Of a DNA stretch of 64,000 nt, positions 9,428-18,203 are shown in pieces (positions within the stretch are counted from its first letter, which is position 1; each line of letters begins with the position of its first letter). Source of the DNA: Gammaproteobacteria bacterium (lineage in GTDB: Bacteria > Pseudomonadota > Gammaproteobacteria > Eutrophobiales > Eutrophobiaceae); NCBI GenBank assembly GCA_965243205.1, contig CBDEUK010000002.1:1-64000 (forward strand), given 5' to 3'. Below the pieces are notes generated by a model that did not search any database, was not told the DNA's origin, and saw only the letters and a program-made list of their open reading frames with translations. A program made the translations under genes and the position numbers.

Positions 9428-11392
9428 ATGAATAATTCGTATCTATTTCCGTCATTATTAATTTTTTTAGTTTGTTTATATCCGTCTTTAGCGATAACTG
9501 ATTCTAGTATAGAAACACTTTATATACCTGAAGGTATTAATGACCCCATGTGGCACAATGAGCGTAAACAAAAGCAACTAGAATCACGTAATGATTTTCA
9601 GATTTTTTATGATTTTACTTTTACTGATATTCAATCTACTAGCGGGATTAATTTTTTACATAGAATCGTTGATGATGCAGGAAAGAATTATAAGGCAGTA
9701 CATTATGACCATGGTAATGGCATCGCGGTAGCAGATATCAACGGAGATGATTTGTTAGATATCTATTTAGTCACTCAAGTTGGCCCAAATGCTCTTTATC
9801 AAAACTTAGGTAATGGAAAATTTAAAGATATTACAGATGTAAGTGGTACAGCTGTTAAAGATGTGATTGGGGTATCAGCCAGTTTTGCTGATATTGATAA
9901 CGATGGTGATGATGATTTATACGTTACCAATGTACGTTCTCCTAATGTTTTATTTGAAAATTTGGGTGATGGTAAATTTAAAGATATTTCTAAACAGTCT
10001 GGTTTAGATTTTTCAGAGCACAGTTCAGCTGCAACATTTTTTGATTTTGATCGTGATGGAAAACTCGATGTTTTTGTAGCGGTCGTAGGCGAATACACAA
10101 CAAATTCAGTTGCCATAGTAGAAGGTACAGTAGATGAGGAAGGTATAGGTTACGATGCTAAATACTATGTTGGCCATAAAGATGCCTTTGCTGGTCATTT
10201 ACATAAAAGACGACAACGTATGAGTCATCTATTCCGTAATCTGGGAAATAATCAATTTGAAGATGTAACTGAATCTACACAGCTGATGGATTATGGCTGG
10301 ACGGGTGATGCAACAGCTATCGATTTAAATAACGATGGTTGGCAAGATTTGTATGTATTGAGTATGCAAGGCTTGGATCAATATTGGGAAAATCAAAACG
10401 GTAAAATTTTTATTAATAAGACAGATGAGTATTTCCCCAATTCACCTTGGGGAGCAATGGGAGTTAAAAGTCTTGATTTTGATAATGATGGGTTAATGGA
10501 TTTAATGATTTCGGATATGCATTCAGATATGTCTGAAAAAATCGGTCTAGAAAAAGAAAAGTTAAAAGCTAATTGGATACGGAAAAATTGGTCACCTAAT
10601 TTTCTCAAAGTAGGTGAACGAGGAATATATGGTAATGCCTTATTTAAAAAATCTAAAGACGGTAGTTATAAAGAAGTTTCTGGTGATTTAAATGTCGAAA
10701 ATTATTGGCCATGGGGTATAAGCGTGGCTGATCTGAATGCCGATAGCTGGCAAGATTTATTATTAACATCGAGTATGAATTACCCATTTCGTTATGCGCC
10801 CAATTCTTTATTATTAAATAATAAAGGTAGGAAATTTCTTGATGCTGAATATATTGTTGGTATTGAACCACGAATCGAAAATAAAACTAACAAACCTTGG
10901 TTTCAATTAGATTGTGTCGAGAAAGATAAAAAGAATCCAATTTGTAAAAAATATAATAATAAAGTGATTGTTAATGGAGCATTAGGCACTCGTTCATCTG
11001 TGATATTTGATTTAGATAATGATGGTGACCTTGATATTGTGACAAATGAGTTTGGGGATGTGCCACAAGTTTTACTAAGTAATTTACTGAATAATGCAGC
11101 TAATCAAGCCAAGGCGAATTATCTTAAAATTAAGTTGATAGGTGACTCATCTAATAAAAATGCCTTGGGTGCAGTTGTAAAACTTACATTAGGTGACAAT
11201 ACGAAATTGATTCAGGTAAATGACGGCAAAAGTGGTTACTTAAGCCAAAGTAGTATGCCTTTATATTTTGGTCTGGGTGAAAATCAGAGTATCGATAATG
11301 TAGAGGTTATTTGGCCTAACGGCAAAAGACGAATATACAAATCAAATATAAAAATAAATGCTTTAAACAAATTGAATGAATCTTCTGATTAA
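9428..11392 (+). CDS. CRTAC1-family protein (FG-GAP/VCBS repeats + ASPIC/UnbV C-terminus)
   Basis: Repeated D(I/L)(D/N)NDGxxD(L/I)Y motifs; C-terminal GYLSQS..LYFGLG..V.V.WP.G; signal peptide. Confidence 0.9.
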   Translation: MNNSYLFPSLLIFLVCLYPSLAITDSSIETLYIPEGINDPMWHNERKQKQLESRNDFQIFYDFTFTDIQSTSGINFLHRIVDDAGKNYKAVHYDHGNGIAVADINGDDLLDIYLVTQVGPNALYQNLGNGKFKDITDVSGTAVKDVIGVSASFADIDNDGDDDLYVTNVRSPNVLFENLGDGKFKDISKQSGLDFSEHSSAATFFDFDRDGKLDVFVAVVGEYTTNSVAIVEGTVDEEGIGYDAKYYVGHKDAFAGHLHKRRQRMSHLFRNLGNNQFEDVTESTQLMDYGWTGDATAIDLNNDGWQDLYVLSMQGLDQYWENQNGKIFINKTDEYFPNSPWGAMGVKSLDFDNDGLMDLMISDMHSDMSEKIGLEKEKLKANWIRKNWSPNFLKVGERGIYGNALFKKSKDGSYKEVSGDLNVENYWPWGISVADLNADSWQDLLLTSSMNYPFRYAPNSLLLNNKGRKFLDAEYIVGIEPRIENKTNKPWFQLDCVEKDKKNPICKKYNNKVIVNGALGTRSSVIFDLDNDGDLDIVTNEFGDVPQVLLSNLLNNAANQAKANYLKIKLIGDSSNKNALGAVVKLTLGDNTKLIQVNDGKSGYLSQSSMPLYFGLGENQSIDNVEVIWPNGKRRIYKSNIKINALNKLNESSD

Positions 11393-11849
11393 GATAATAA
11401 TTTTTTTTATCTGTTTAGTACTCACAACCGCTGTATTCTATTTTAAAGATAATAAAACATCACAACTAAATATTCTCGCAGTAGGCGAAGAATTTTATTG
11501 GACCTTTATATATCCAGGTAATGATGGAATATTAAATACTGATGATGATGTAGTTAGTTATAAAAGACTATATCTACCAGTTGATACAGAGATTGATATT
11601 TTACTTACTAGTAATGATTATCTTTATATGTTTAGGCCAGAATCAATGACTCTCCGAGAGATTGCTGTGCCAGATATAGAGTTTAAAGTCCAGATGTTAA
11701 TGAGCGAACAAAAAAAGATAAAACTAGAAATAGATCCTTTGTGTGGATTTAATCTTTTTCATGAAAATGATTACATGGGTTGGATCGAGACTAAATCAAA
11801 AAAAGCCTTTTATAACTGGTATGAAAATCAAATGTCTTTCGATATTTAG
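11376..11849 (+). CDS. Membrane-anchored cytochrome oxidase subunit II-like cupredoxin domain protein with altered CuA ligands
   Basis: F-Y-W-x-F-x-YPG-x-DG..TDDD..LYLPV..LTSND..LCG..H..M; overlaps the upstream gene. Confidence 0.65.
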   Translation: MNLLIKIIIFFICLVLTTAVFYFKDNKTSQLNILAVGEEFYWTFIYPGNDGILNTDDDVVSYKRLYLPVDTEIDILLTSNDYLYMFRPESMTLREIAVPDIEFKVQMLMSEQKKIKLEIDPLCGFNLFHENDYMGWIETKSKKAFYNWYENQMSFDI

Positions 11850-11877
11850 TTTTAGTATTTATATAAGACGATGACAC

Positions 11878-11906
11878 AAAAAAGCCCTGCTATTGCAGAG
11901 CTTTTT
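11878..11906 (-). terminator. Rho-independent (probably bidirectional) terminator between convergent genes
   Basis: Minus strand: AAAAAGCTCTGC-aata-GCAGGGCTTTTTT. Confidence 0.8.
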
Positions 11907-11938
11907 CAAAAAATAAGAACTCTAAATTCTAGTGTTTA

Positions 11939-12643
11939 TTAAGCCTTTCTTCTATAACCTACTAGTCCAACTAAAGCTGAACCCATAAGCCATACTGCAG
12001 CTGGTACTGGTACAGAGCTTACTTCTGCTAAAGATGAGACACCAACAAATTCAGAGTAAGGGCCTAGACCAAAGTCATCAACATCAATAGATAAAGTTAA
12101 AACACCTGCTAAGGTTTCGAAAGAACCTATTCCAGTTACATCAGAACCCGTAATGAATAATTCTGCATCAATTAAACCATCCACATCAACTTTTGCTAAA
12201 GCAAAACCTATTGGGCCATTATCAAAAGATTCCACTGATAAATCAAAGCCAAAATCAATTTCTACAACTCCAACGCCAGTTAATTCGATTTCAATATCAG
12301 CTAGAGTGGTAGCAATTGCATCATTTAAACCTGATGCTTCAGCTAAAGATGAAGCTGCGTCACCAAAACTATATGCTGTACCTTCGCCAGAGGTAGATAC
12401 TTCTGAGTCGAATGTAATACCATCATTTGCAGGGTCATCGATTCCTGAAGTCGTTTCTCCTATAGCTGTAGCAGCTGTTTCAGATAGAATCGTAGCAGTA
12501 ACTGTACCTGTTGTTCGAATAGCGTCGATGCCAGTGTACTCAGCAAGTGCAAATGAATAAGCAGCAAAAGCAGAATGTGAACTCAAAACCAGAGTCGTTG
12601 CTGCAACGATACTGGCGATATTTTTTAATGCGATAAGTCTCAT
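11939..12643 (-). CDS. VPLPA-CTERM (PEP-CTERM class) sorting-domain surface protein
   Basis: Signal peptide (..SAFA); acidic Ser/Thr/Gly-rich body; C-terminus VPVPAAVWLMGSALVGLVGYRRKA. Confidence 0.9.
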   Translation of the reverse strand: MRLIALKNIASIVAATTLVLSSHSAFAAYSFALAEYTGIDAIRTTGTVTATILSETAATAIGETTSGIDDPANDGITFDSEVSTSGEGTAYSFGDAASSLAEASGLNDAIATTLADIEIELTGVGVVEIDFGFDLSVESFDNGPIGFALAKVDVDGLIDAELFITGSDVTGIGSFETLAGVLTLSIDVDDFGLGPYSEFVGVSSLAEVSSVPVPAAVWLMGSALVGLVGYRRKA

Positions 12644-12918
12644 TGAATTTTCCCCTAACATAAAAAAGTCACTATGTTTAAAATAAAGATTTAAAAAATA
12701 AAATATTTTATTTTTGGAATTCGTAATTAGAATCTAGCGTATATATTCCAATATATACTCAGCCATTAATCCTCAAAAACAGTAGTATTTTATTTTTTGA
12801 AAATGACACCCTAATAAAAATAATGTTACGAATTAGGGTCAAGTTTATGACAGTTTATTTAGAGAGTTTTTGCATCGAGGAAGTGAATCAATAAGTTGGA
12901 AAAGTTTATTAAACAATA

Positions 12919-13884
12919 TCAATTGACCGTATCTTTAACTAACCATGTTAAATAGGCAATATAAACGATCAGTAAAGTGGTACCTTTTATACGATTGAAT
13001 AATGCTTTTTTCCAAGGCATGTAAATGTATAAAGCCATAAGTACAGTAAGCCCAGTCATCACTGGCATATCACGAGTAAGAGTATTAGCTTCTAGTGGAC
13101 CAGGGCTAAGTAAGGCAGGAATCGTCAATACTGCAACGATATTTAAAATATTCGAACCAATGATGTTGCCTATTGCCATATCATGATGATTTTTCAAGGC
13201 GCTGGTTAAGGTAGCTGCAAGTTCAGGCAAGCTCGTACCAATCGCAACAATCGTTAAACCAATAATTACTTCACTGATTTCAAAATAACGAGCGTATTCT
13301 ACTGAACCCCAAACCAATACTCGTGAACTAGCGATTAAAATTAACAAACCTGTAATAAACCAAAAGTAGGCTTTGCTTGATTCCATTTCATGGACTTCAT
13401 CTTCGTATTCACTTAAGACAACTAGGTCATCTATCTTTGAGCGAACTTTTATTAATAAAATAATGATGCTGACAAGTGCAATAAAAAGTATACATCCGTC
13501 AATAAAACCTAATTCATTATCTAACATCATTAGGTAGGTTATAGAGACAATAATCAAATAAACTGGTAAGTCTTGTTTTAAACAAATGTTATGTACAGGG
13601 ATAGCAACGATCATTGCAGTGAATCCCAATACAAGTCCTATGTTTGCGATATTTGAACCAATCGCATTGCCTAATGCTAAATGAGGCGAGCCAGTAATAG
13701 AGGCGAAAGCAGAAACTAACATCTCAGGGGCTGATGTACCTAAAGCCACTATGGTTAAGCCAATCATAAGCTTTGAAACACCATAATTTTGTGCAATCGA
13801 AGCTGCGCCTTCTACAAACTTATCTGACGACCAAACTAATAGAATTAAGCCAAATAGGATGGCAAGAGAAGGGTAGAGCAGCAT
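12919..13884 (-). CDS. Calcium/sodium antiporter (YrbG family)
   Basis: Two alpha repeats GTSAPE..GNAIGSN and GTSLPE..GNIIGSN. Confidence 0.92.
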   Translation of the reverse strand: MLLYPSLAILFGLILLVWSSDKFVEGAASIAQNYGVSKLMIGLTIVALGTSAPEMLVSAFASITGSPHLALGNAIGSNIANIGLVLGFTAMIVAIPVHNICLKQDLPVYLIIVSITYLMMLDNELGFIDGCILFIALVSIIILLIKVRSKIDDLVVLSEYEDEVHEMESSKAYFWFITGLLILIASSRVLVWGSVEYARYFEISEVIIGLTIVAIGTSLPELAATLTSALKNHHDMAIGNIIGSNILNIVAVLTIPALLSPGPLEANTLTRDMPVMTGLTVLMALYIYMPWKKALFNRIKGTTLLIVYIAYLTWLVKDTVN

Positions 13885-14071
13885 AGAAATTCCTAATACG
13901 TATTTGTTAAATTTTTATAAAAATGGCACTAAATCATAGCTCACATAAGGACAGACTTTATCCTAAAAGTCGACCATGTCATAGTTCCTCAAGAAAAACT
14001 CGCAAGTCAATGATTTGTCAGCTAGAATGATGTAAAGTGTATTTAATTAGCGACAAAATAAGAGAACAAAG

Positions 14072-14578
14072 TTGAAAGCTTTTAAGGTATTGATTTTATT
14101 GGGAATTTTTATCTTAACTGGGTGCGGAGAGAATACCGACCCGATCAAGGCTTTTGAGTCAGGTGATTATGAAACCTCTTATCAGTTATTTAAGTCTTTA
14201 GCGAATTCAGGTGATGTAGATGCTCAAAATTACCTTGGTTTGCAGTATTTCTTAGGCTTAGGTGTTGCTAAAGATCTCAAAAAAGCGGTCGAATTATATC
14301 AATCAGCTGCTGAGAAAGGGCACGTAGATGCTCAACGGAATCTAGGAGATATGTTTCAGAATGGATACGGTACTCAACAAGATTACTATCAAGCTTTTAT
14401 ATGGTATTTCGCCTCTTCTCAGCAAGGGAATCAGAGTGCGAAAGTTCGATTGGAAGCACTTTCTTCGGAAAATAAGCTAACGCCCAATCAACAAATGCAT
14501 GCCAAGATAGAAGCAAATGAATTTATTGTCGACCCTGGTCAGAGATTTCAAAGTCATGACACTTACATCGACAAATAA
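14072..14578 (+). CDS. Sel1-repeat lipoprotein
   Basis: Lipobox LTGC; AQNYLG..GLGVAKD..A and AQRNLG..GYGTQQD Sel1 repeats. Confidence 0.85.
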   Translation: MKAFKVLILLGIFILTGCGENTDPIKAFESGDYETSYQLFKSLANSGDVDAQNYLGLQYFLGLGVAKDLKKAVELYQSAAEKGHVDAQRNLGDMFQNGYGTQQDYYQAFIWYFASSQQGNQSAKVRLEALSSENKLTPNQQMHAKIEANEFIVDPGQRFQSHDTYIDK

Positions 14579-14628
14579 AATAAATTGTAAGATTTTTATT
14601 ATTAATTTTTTCGATAGGAAATAACTTT

Positions 14629-16458
14629 ATGTGTGGAATTGTTGGTGCTGTAGCGCAACGTGATGCGTCCCCCATTTTATTAGAAGGCCTGAAACGCCTG
14701 GAATATCGTGGATATGATTCAGCTGGTGTTGCTGTATTAAATCCAGATTCTAAATTTCAACGTACCCGTGTACTGGGTAAAGTTGAAAAACTTGAAGTAG
14801 CATTAAATGAAGAAACTCCTGTTGGTGGTACGGGTATCGCCCATACTCGTTGGGCCACACATGGTAAACCGAGTACAGATAATGCTCACCCTCATGTTTG
14901 CCGTGACAAAGTCGCACTTGTCCATAATGGCATCATTGAAAATCATGAAGAACTTCGTGCAGAACAAATCGCAAGCGGTTATGAGTTTCATTCACAAACT
15001 GATTCAGAAGTGGTTGTGAATAAAGTGCATGAATATTTAGAACAAGGTAATGATTTATTAGCTGCAGTTACAAAAACGGTCACTCATCTTGAAGGTGCGT
15101 ATGCTTTAGGTGTTATCTCTACCGATACTAATGGGCGATTAATTGCGGCACGACGTGGTAGTCCTTTAGTTATCGGTTTAGGTATTGGAGAACATTTTAT
15201 CGCTTCGGATGTTTTTGCTTTACTACCGGTTACACAACGTTTTATCTTTTTGAAAGACGGCGATATTGCTGATATTCGTCGTGATAGTCTAACTATTTAT
15301 GATGAAAACGGTAATGAAGTAGAACGTGAAGTTTCAGTATCAGAACTACGTTCAGATGCTGCCGATAAATCTGGTTATCGCCATTACATGTTGAAAGAGA
15401 TCTTTTCTCAACCACAAGCTATTGCTGATACTTTAGATAGCAGAATTATGAATGGTAAGTTGGTTGAAGCTGAGTTTGGAATGGATGCAGATAAAATTTT
15501 CGATCAAGTAAAAGCCATTCAAATCATAGCTTGTGGAACTAGTTTTCATGCAGGTTTATGCGCAAAATATTGGGCAGAGCATTTAGGTATACCTTGTAAC
15601 GTAGAGATCGCTAGTGAATATCGATATCGTAAAACAGTGGTTCAAGATGGAACATTGTTTGTTACGATTTCTCAATCAGGAGAAACAGCCGATACTCTAG
15701 CCGCACTAGAGTTAGCTACACAGTCAGGTTATTTGGCCAGTCTTTCTATATGTAATGTTCCAGAAAGCTCATTAGTCCGAGGTTCAGATTTGGTTTTCAT
15801 GACACGCGCTGGTACTGAAATTGGTGTTGCATCGACCAAAGCCTTTACGACGCAACTCGTTGCTTTATTAATGATGGTGGTCGTTATTGCGAGACGTTTT
15901 GGTCTATCTGATGAGCAAGAAGTTGAGATCGTGCAAGAGTTAGAAAACTTGCCAGGTCGTATTAATACCGTACTAGAAATGAATGATCAGATCGAAGAAA
16001 TTTCTGAGCATTTCACTAATAAACATCATAGTTTATTTTTAGGTCGAGGCACGATGTTACCGATTGCAATGGAAGGCGCTTTAAAATTAAAAGAAATTTC
16101 TTATATACATGCTGAAGCATATGCTGCTGGTGAGTTGAAACATGGACCATTAGCGTTAGTCGATGATGATATGCCAGTTATTACGGTTGCACCTAACGAT
16201 GCATTATTAGAAAAATTAAAATCTAATCTACATGAGGTTAGAGCTCGCGGTGGAGAGTTATATGTTTTTGCAGATACCAATGCAAATGTAGAGGCAGCAG
16301 AGGGTATCCATGTATTTAATGTGACACCTGTCGCTGATTGGATTGCTCCGATTGTATTTACAGTTCCACTACAACTATTTTCATATCATGTTGCTGTATT
16401 AAAAGGTGCTGATGTTGATCAACCACGTAACTTAGCAAAATCAGTCACTGTTGAATAA
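14629..16458 (+). CDS. glmS: Glutamine--fructose-6-phosphate aminotransferase
   Basis: MCGIVG, LEYRGYDSAG, HTRWATHG, PRNLAKSVTVE. Confidence 0.99.
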   Translation: MCGIVGAVAQRDASPILLEGLKRLEYRGYDSAGVAVLNPDSKFQRTRVLGKVEKLEVALNEETPVGGTGIAHTRWATHGKPSTDNAHPHVCRDKVALVHNGIIENHEELRAEQIASGYEFHSQTDSEVVVNKVHEYLEQGNDLLAAVTKTVTHLEGAYALGVISTDTNGRLIAARRGSPLVIGLGIGEHFIASDVFALLPVTQRFIFLKDGDIADIRRDSLTIYDENGNEVEREVSVSELRSDAADKSGYRHYMLKEIFSQPQAIADTLDSRIMNGKLVEAEFGMDADKIFDQVKAIQIIACGTSFHAGLCAKYWAEHLGIPCNVEIASEYRYRKTVVQDGTLFVTISQSGETADTLAALELATQSGYLASLSICNVPESSLVRGSDLVFMTRAGTEIGVASTKAFTTQLVALLMMVVVIARRFGLSDEQEVEIVQELENLPGRINTVLEMNDQIEEISEHFTNKHHSLFLGRGTMLPIAMEGALKLKEISYIHAEAYAAGELKHGPLALVDDDMPVITVAPNDALLEKLKSNLHEVRARGGELYVFADTNANVEAAEGIHVFNVTPVADWIAPIVFTVPLQLFSYHVAVLKGADVDQPRNLAKSVTVE

Positions 16459-16496
16459 AAAATAATGTTATTAATTTACACTCGAAATCTACAATC

Positions 16497-17876
16497 ATGG
16501 AAACGGATAAATCAAATTATAGAATACTGGTAGTCGACGACGATCCTGACATCTTAGCATTGCTTTCAACTTGGTTAACGAAGGAAGGCTTTGAAGTTAT
16601 TACGTGTGAATCAGGTGAAGAAGCGATTACTCAAGTAAGCATTATACAGCCCAAATTGGTAATTACTGATTTATACATGGGTGGTATGGATGGTATGCAG
16701 TTATTGACTGAGATACATCATGATAATCCATTATTACCTGTGATTATTTTTAGTGGACAAGCCAAAATTCCAGATGCAATTCGTGCAACACATTTAGGTA
16801 GTGCTGCTTTTCTTACTAAGCCCGTACAAAAAGATGTTTTATTGGATCACGTAAAACGAACTCTACATATTACTACTGATAATGCGACAAGAAATGCTAT
16901 TGGTGAGCGAATCATACATAAAAGCAAAACAATGGGTGATCTCATTGAGCTCGCGACTATGGTTGCTGAAAGTGATGTCACCGTTTTTATCAGTGGTTCG
17001 ACTGGTACTGGTAAAGAAGTGTTGGCTAAAGCGATACATGAAGGTAGCGCTAGAAGTGAACAGCCTTTTATTGCAGTTAATTGCGGTGCGATTCCTGAAC
17101 AATTATTAGAGTCAGAATTATTTGGTCATGAAAAAGGTGCTTTCACTGGAGCGAATACAAAACATGATGGTTTATTTAAAGCAGCTAATGGTGGAACAAT
17201 ATTTCTAGATGAAATTGGTGATATGCCTTTAACACTGCAAGTAAAACTCTTGCGAGTATTACAAGATCTAGAAGTTAGACCAGTTGGATCATTAAAACCA
17301 TTTCCGATTGATGTGAGAATTATTTCTGCAACTCATAGAAACTTGGAAGAAGCGGTGAAGAGTGGTGATTTTAGAGAAGATTTATATTATCGATTAAAAG
17401 TTGTCCCAATTGAAATTCCAGACCTCACCGATCGAAAAGATGATATTCCTGTTCTAGCAGAACATTTCTTATCATTACATGCTAAAAACTCAAAGCAAAA
17501 AATGAAACGTTTTGCTCCCGATGCAATGGAACATATGATGCAGTCAGCTTGGCCAGGTAATATACGCCAATTAACCAACGTAATTGATCTATGTGTCACA
17601 TTGTGTAAAACCACAACTATCCCTTTAAGTTTAGTTAAAACGGCTTTGCAAGATAAAGCAGCACCAGTACAAACTTTAAAAGAAGCAAAACAAGCATTCG
17701 AAAGAAATTATCTAATCAGTGTTTTAAAAATGACAAACGGACATGTTGCTAATGCCTCACGTATTGCTGGACGCAACCGAACAGAATTTTATAAATTACT
17801 AAGCCAGCATAATCTTGATGCAGCTCAATTTAGAATTGCCAAATCATCCTCTAAAAAAGAAAAACAAACTGAATAA
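16497..17876 (+). CDS. glrR: Sigma54-dependent response regulator, GlrR/QseF-like
   Basis: REC + AAA+ (GTGKE, GAFTGA) + C-terminal AGRNRTEFYKLL signature of GlrR. Confidence 0.8.
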   Translation: METDKSNYRILVVDDDPDILALLSTWLTKEGFEVITCESGEEAITQVSIIQPKLVITDLYMGGMDGMQLLTEIHHDNPLLPVIIFSGQAKIPDAIRATHLGSAAFLTKPVQKDVLLDHVKRTLHITTDNATRNAIGERIIHKSKTMGDLIELATMVAESDVTVFISGSTGTGKEVLAKAIHEGSARSEQPFIAVNCGAIPEQLLESELFGHEKGAFTGANTKHDGLFKAANGGTIFLDEIGDMPLTLQVKLLRVLQDLEVRPVGSLKPFPIDVRIISATHRNLEEAVKSGDFREDLYYRLKVVPIEIPDLTDRKDDIPVLAEHFLSLHAKNSKQKMKRFAPDAMEHMMQSAWPGNIRQLTNVIDLCVTLCKTTTIPLSLVKTALQDKAAPVQTLKEAKQAFERNYLISVLKMTNGHVANASRIAGRNRTEFYKLLSQHNLDAAQFRIAKSSSKKEKQTE

Positions 17877-17897
17877 TAATAAAAAAGGTAAATAATA

Positions 17898-18197
17898 ATG
17901 ACTAATAATGTTGTAACTATTGATGCTGATTTAGAAGATTTAATTCCAGGTTTTTTGGATAATCGTAAGAAAGATGTCGAAAAAGTCCGAATGGCAATGA
18001 GTAACTCTGATTTTGCTAGCGTTCAATCAATTGGTCACAGTTTGAAAGGCGTTGGAGGAGGTTATGGTTTTCATGAAATTAGTCGTATTGGCGCAGAGAT
18101 CGAGCAAGCAGCAAAAGCAAATTCAGTTGAAGAAATGAATGCAGGGGCAGCTGAATTAGATGAATATTTAAATAATTTAGAAATTCGCTACGAATAA
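17898..18197 (+). CDS. Stand-alone Hpt phosphotransfer protein
   Basis: GHSLKGVGGGYG motif. Confidence 0.9.
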   Translation: MTNNVVTIDADLEDLIPGFLDNRKKDVEKVRMAMSNSDFASVQSIGHSLKGVGGGYGFHEISRIGAEIEQAAKANSVEEMNAGAAELDEYLNNLEIRYE

Positions 18198-18203
18198 TCA
18201 TTT

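Noticed and set aside
13924-13940. TGGCAC..GC as a sigma54 promoter
   Set aside because: GG-to-GC spacing is 12, not the required 10
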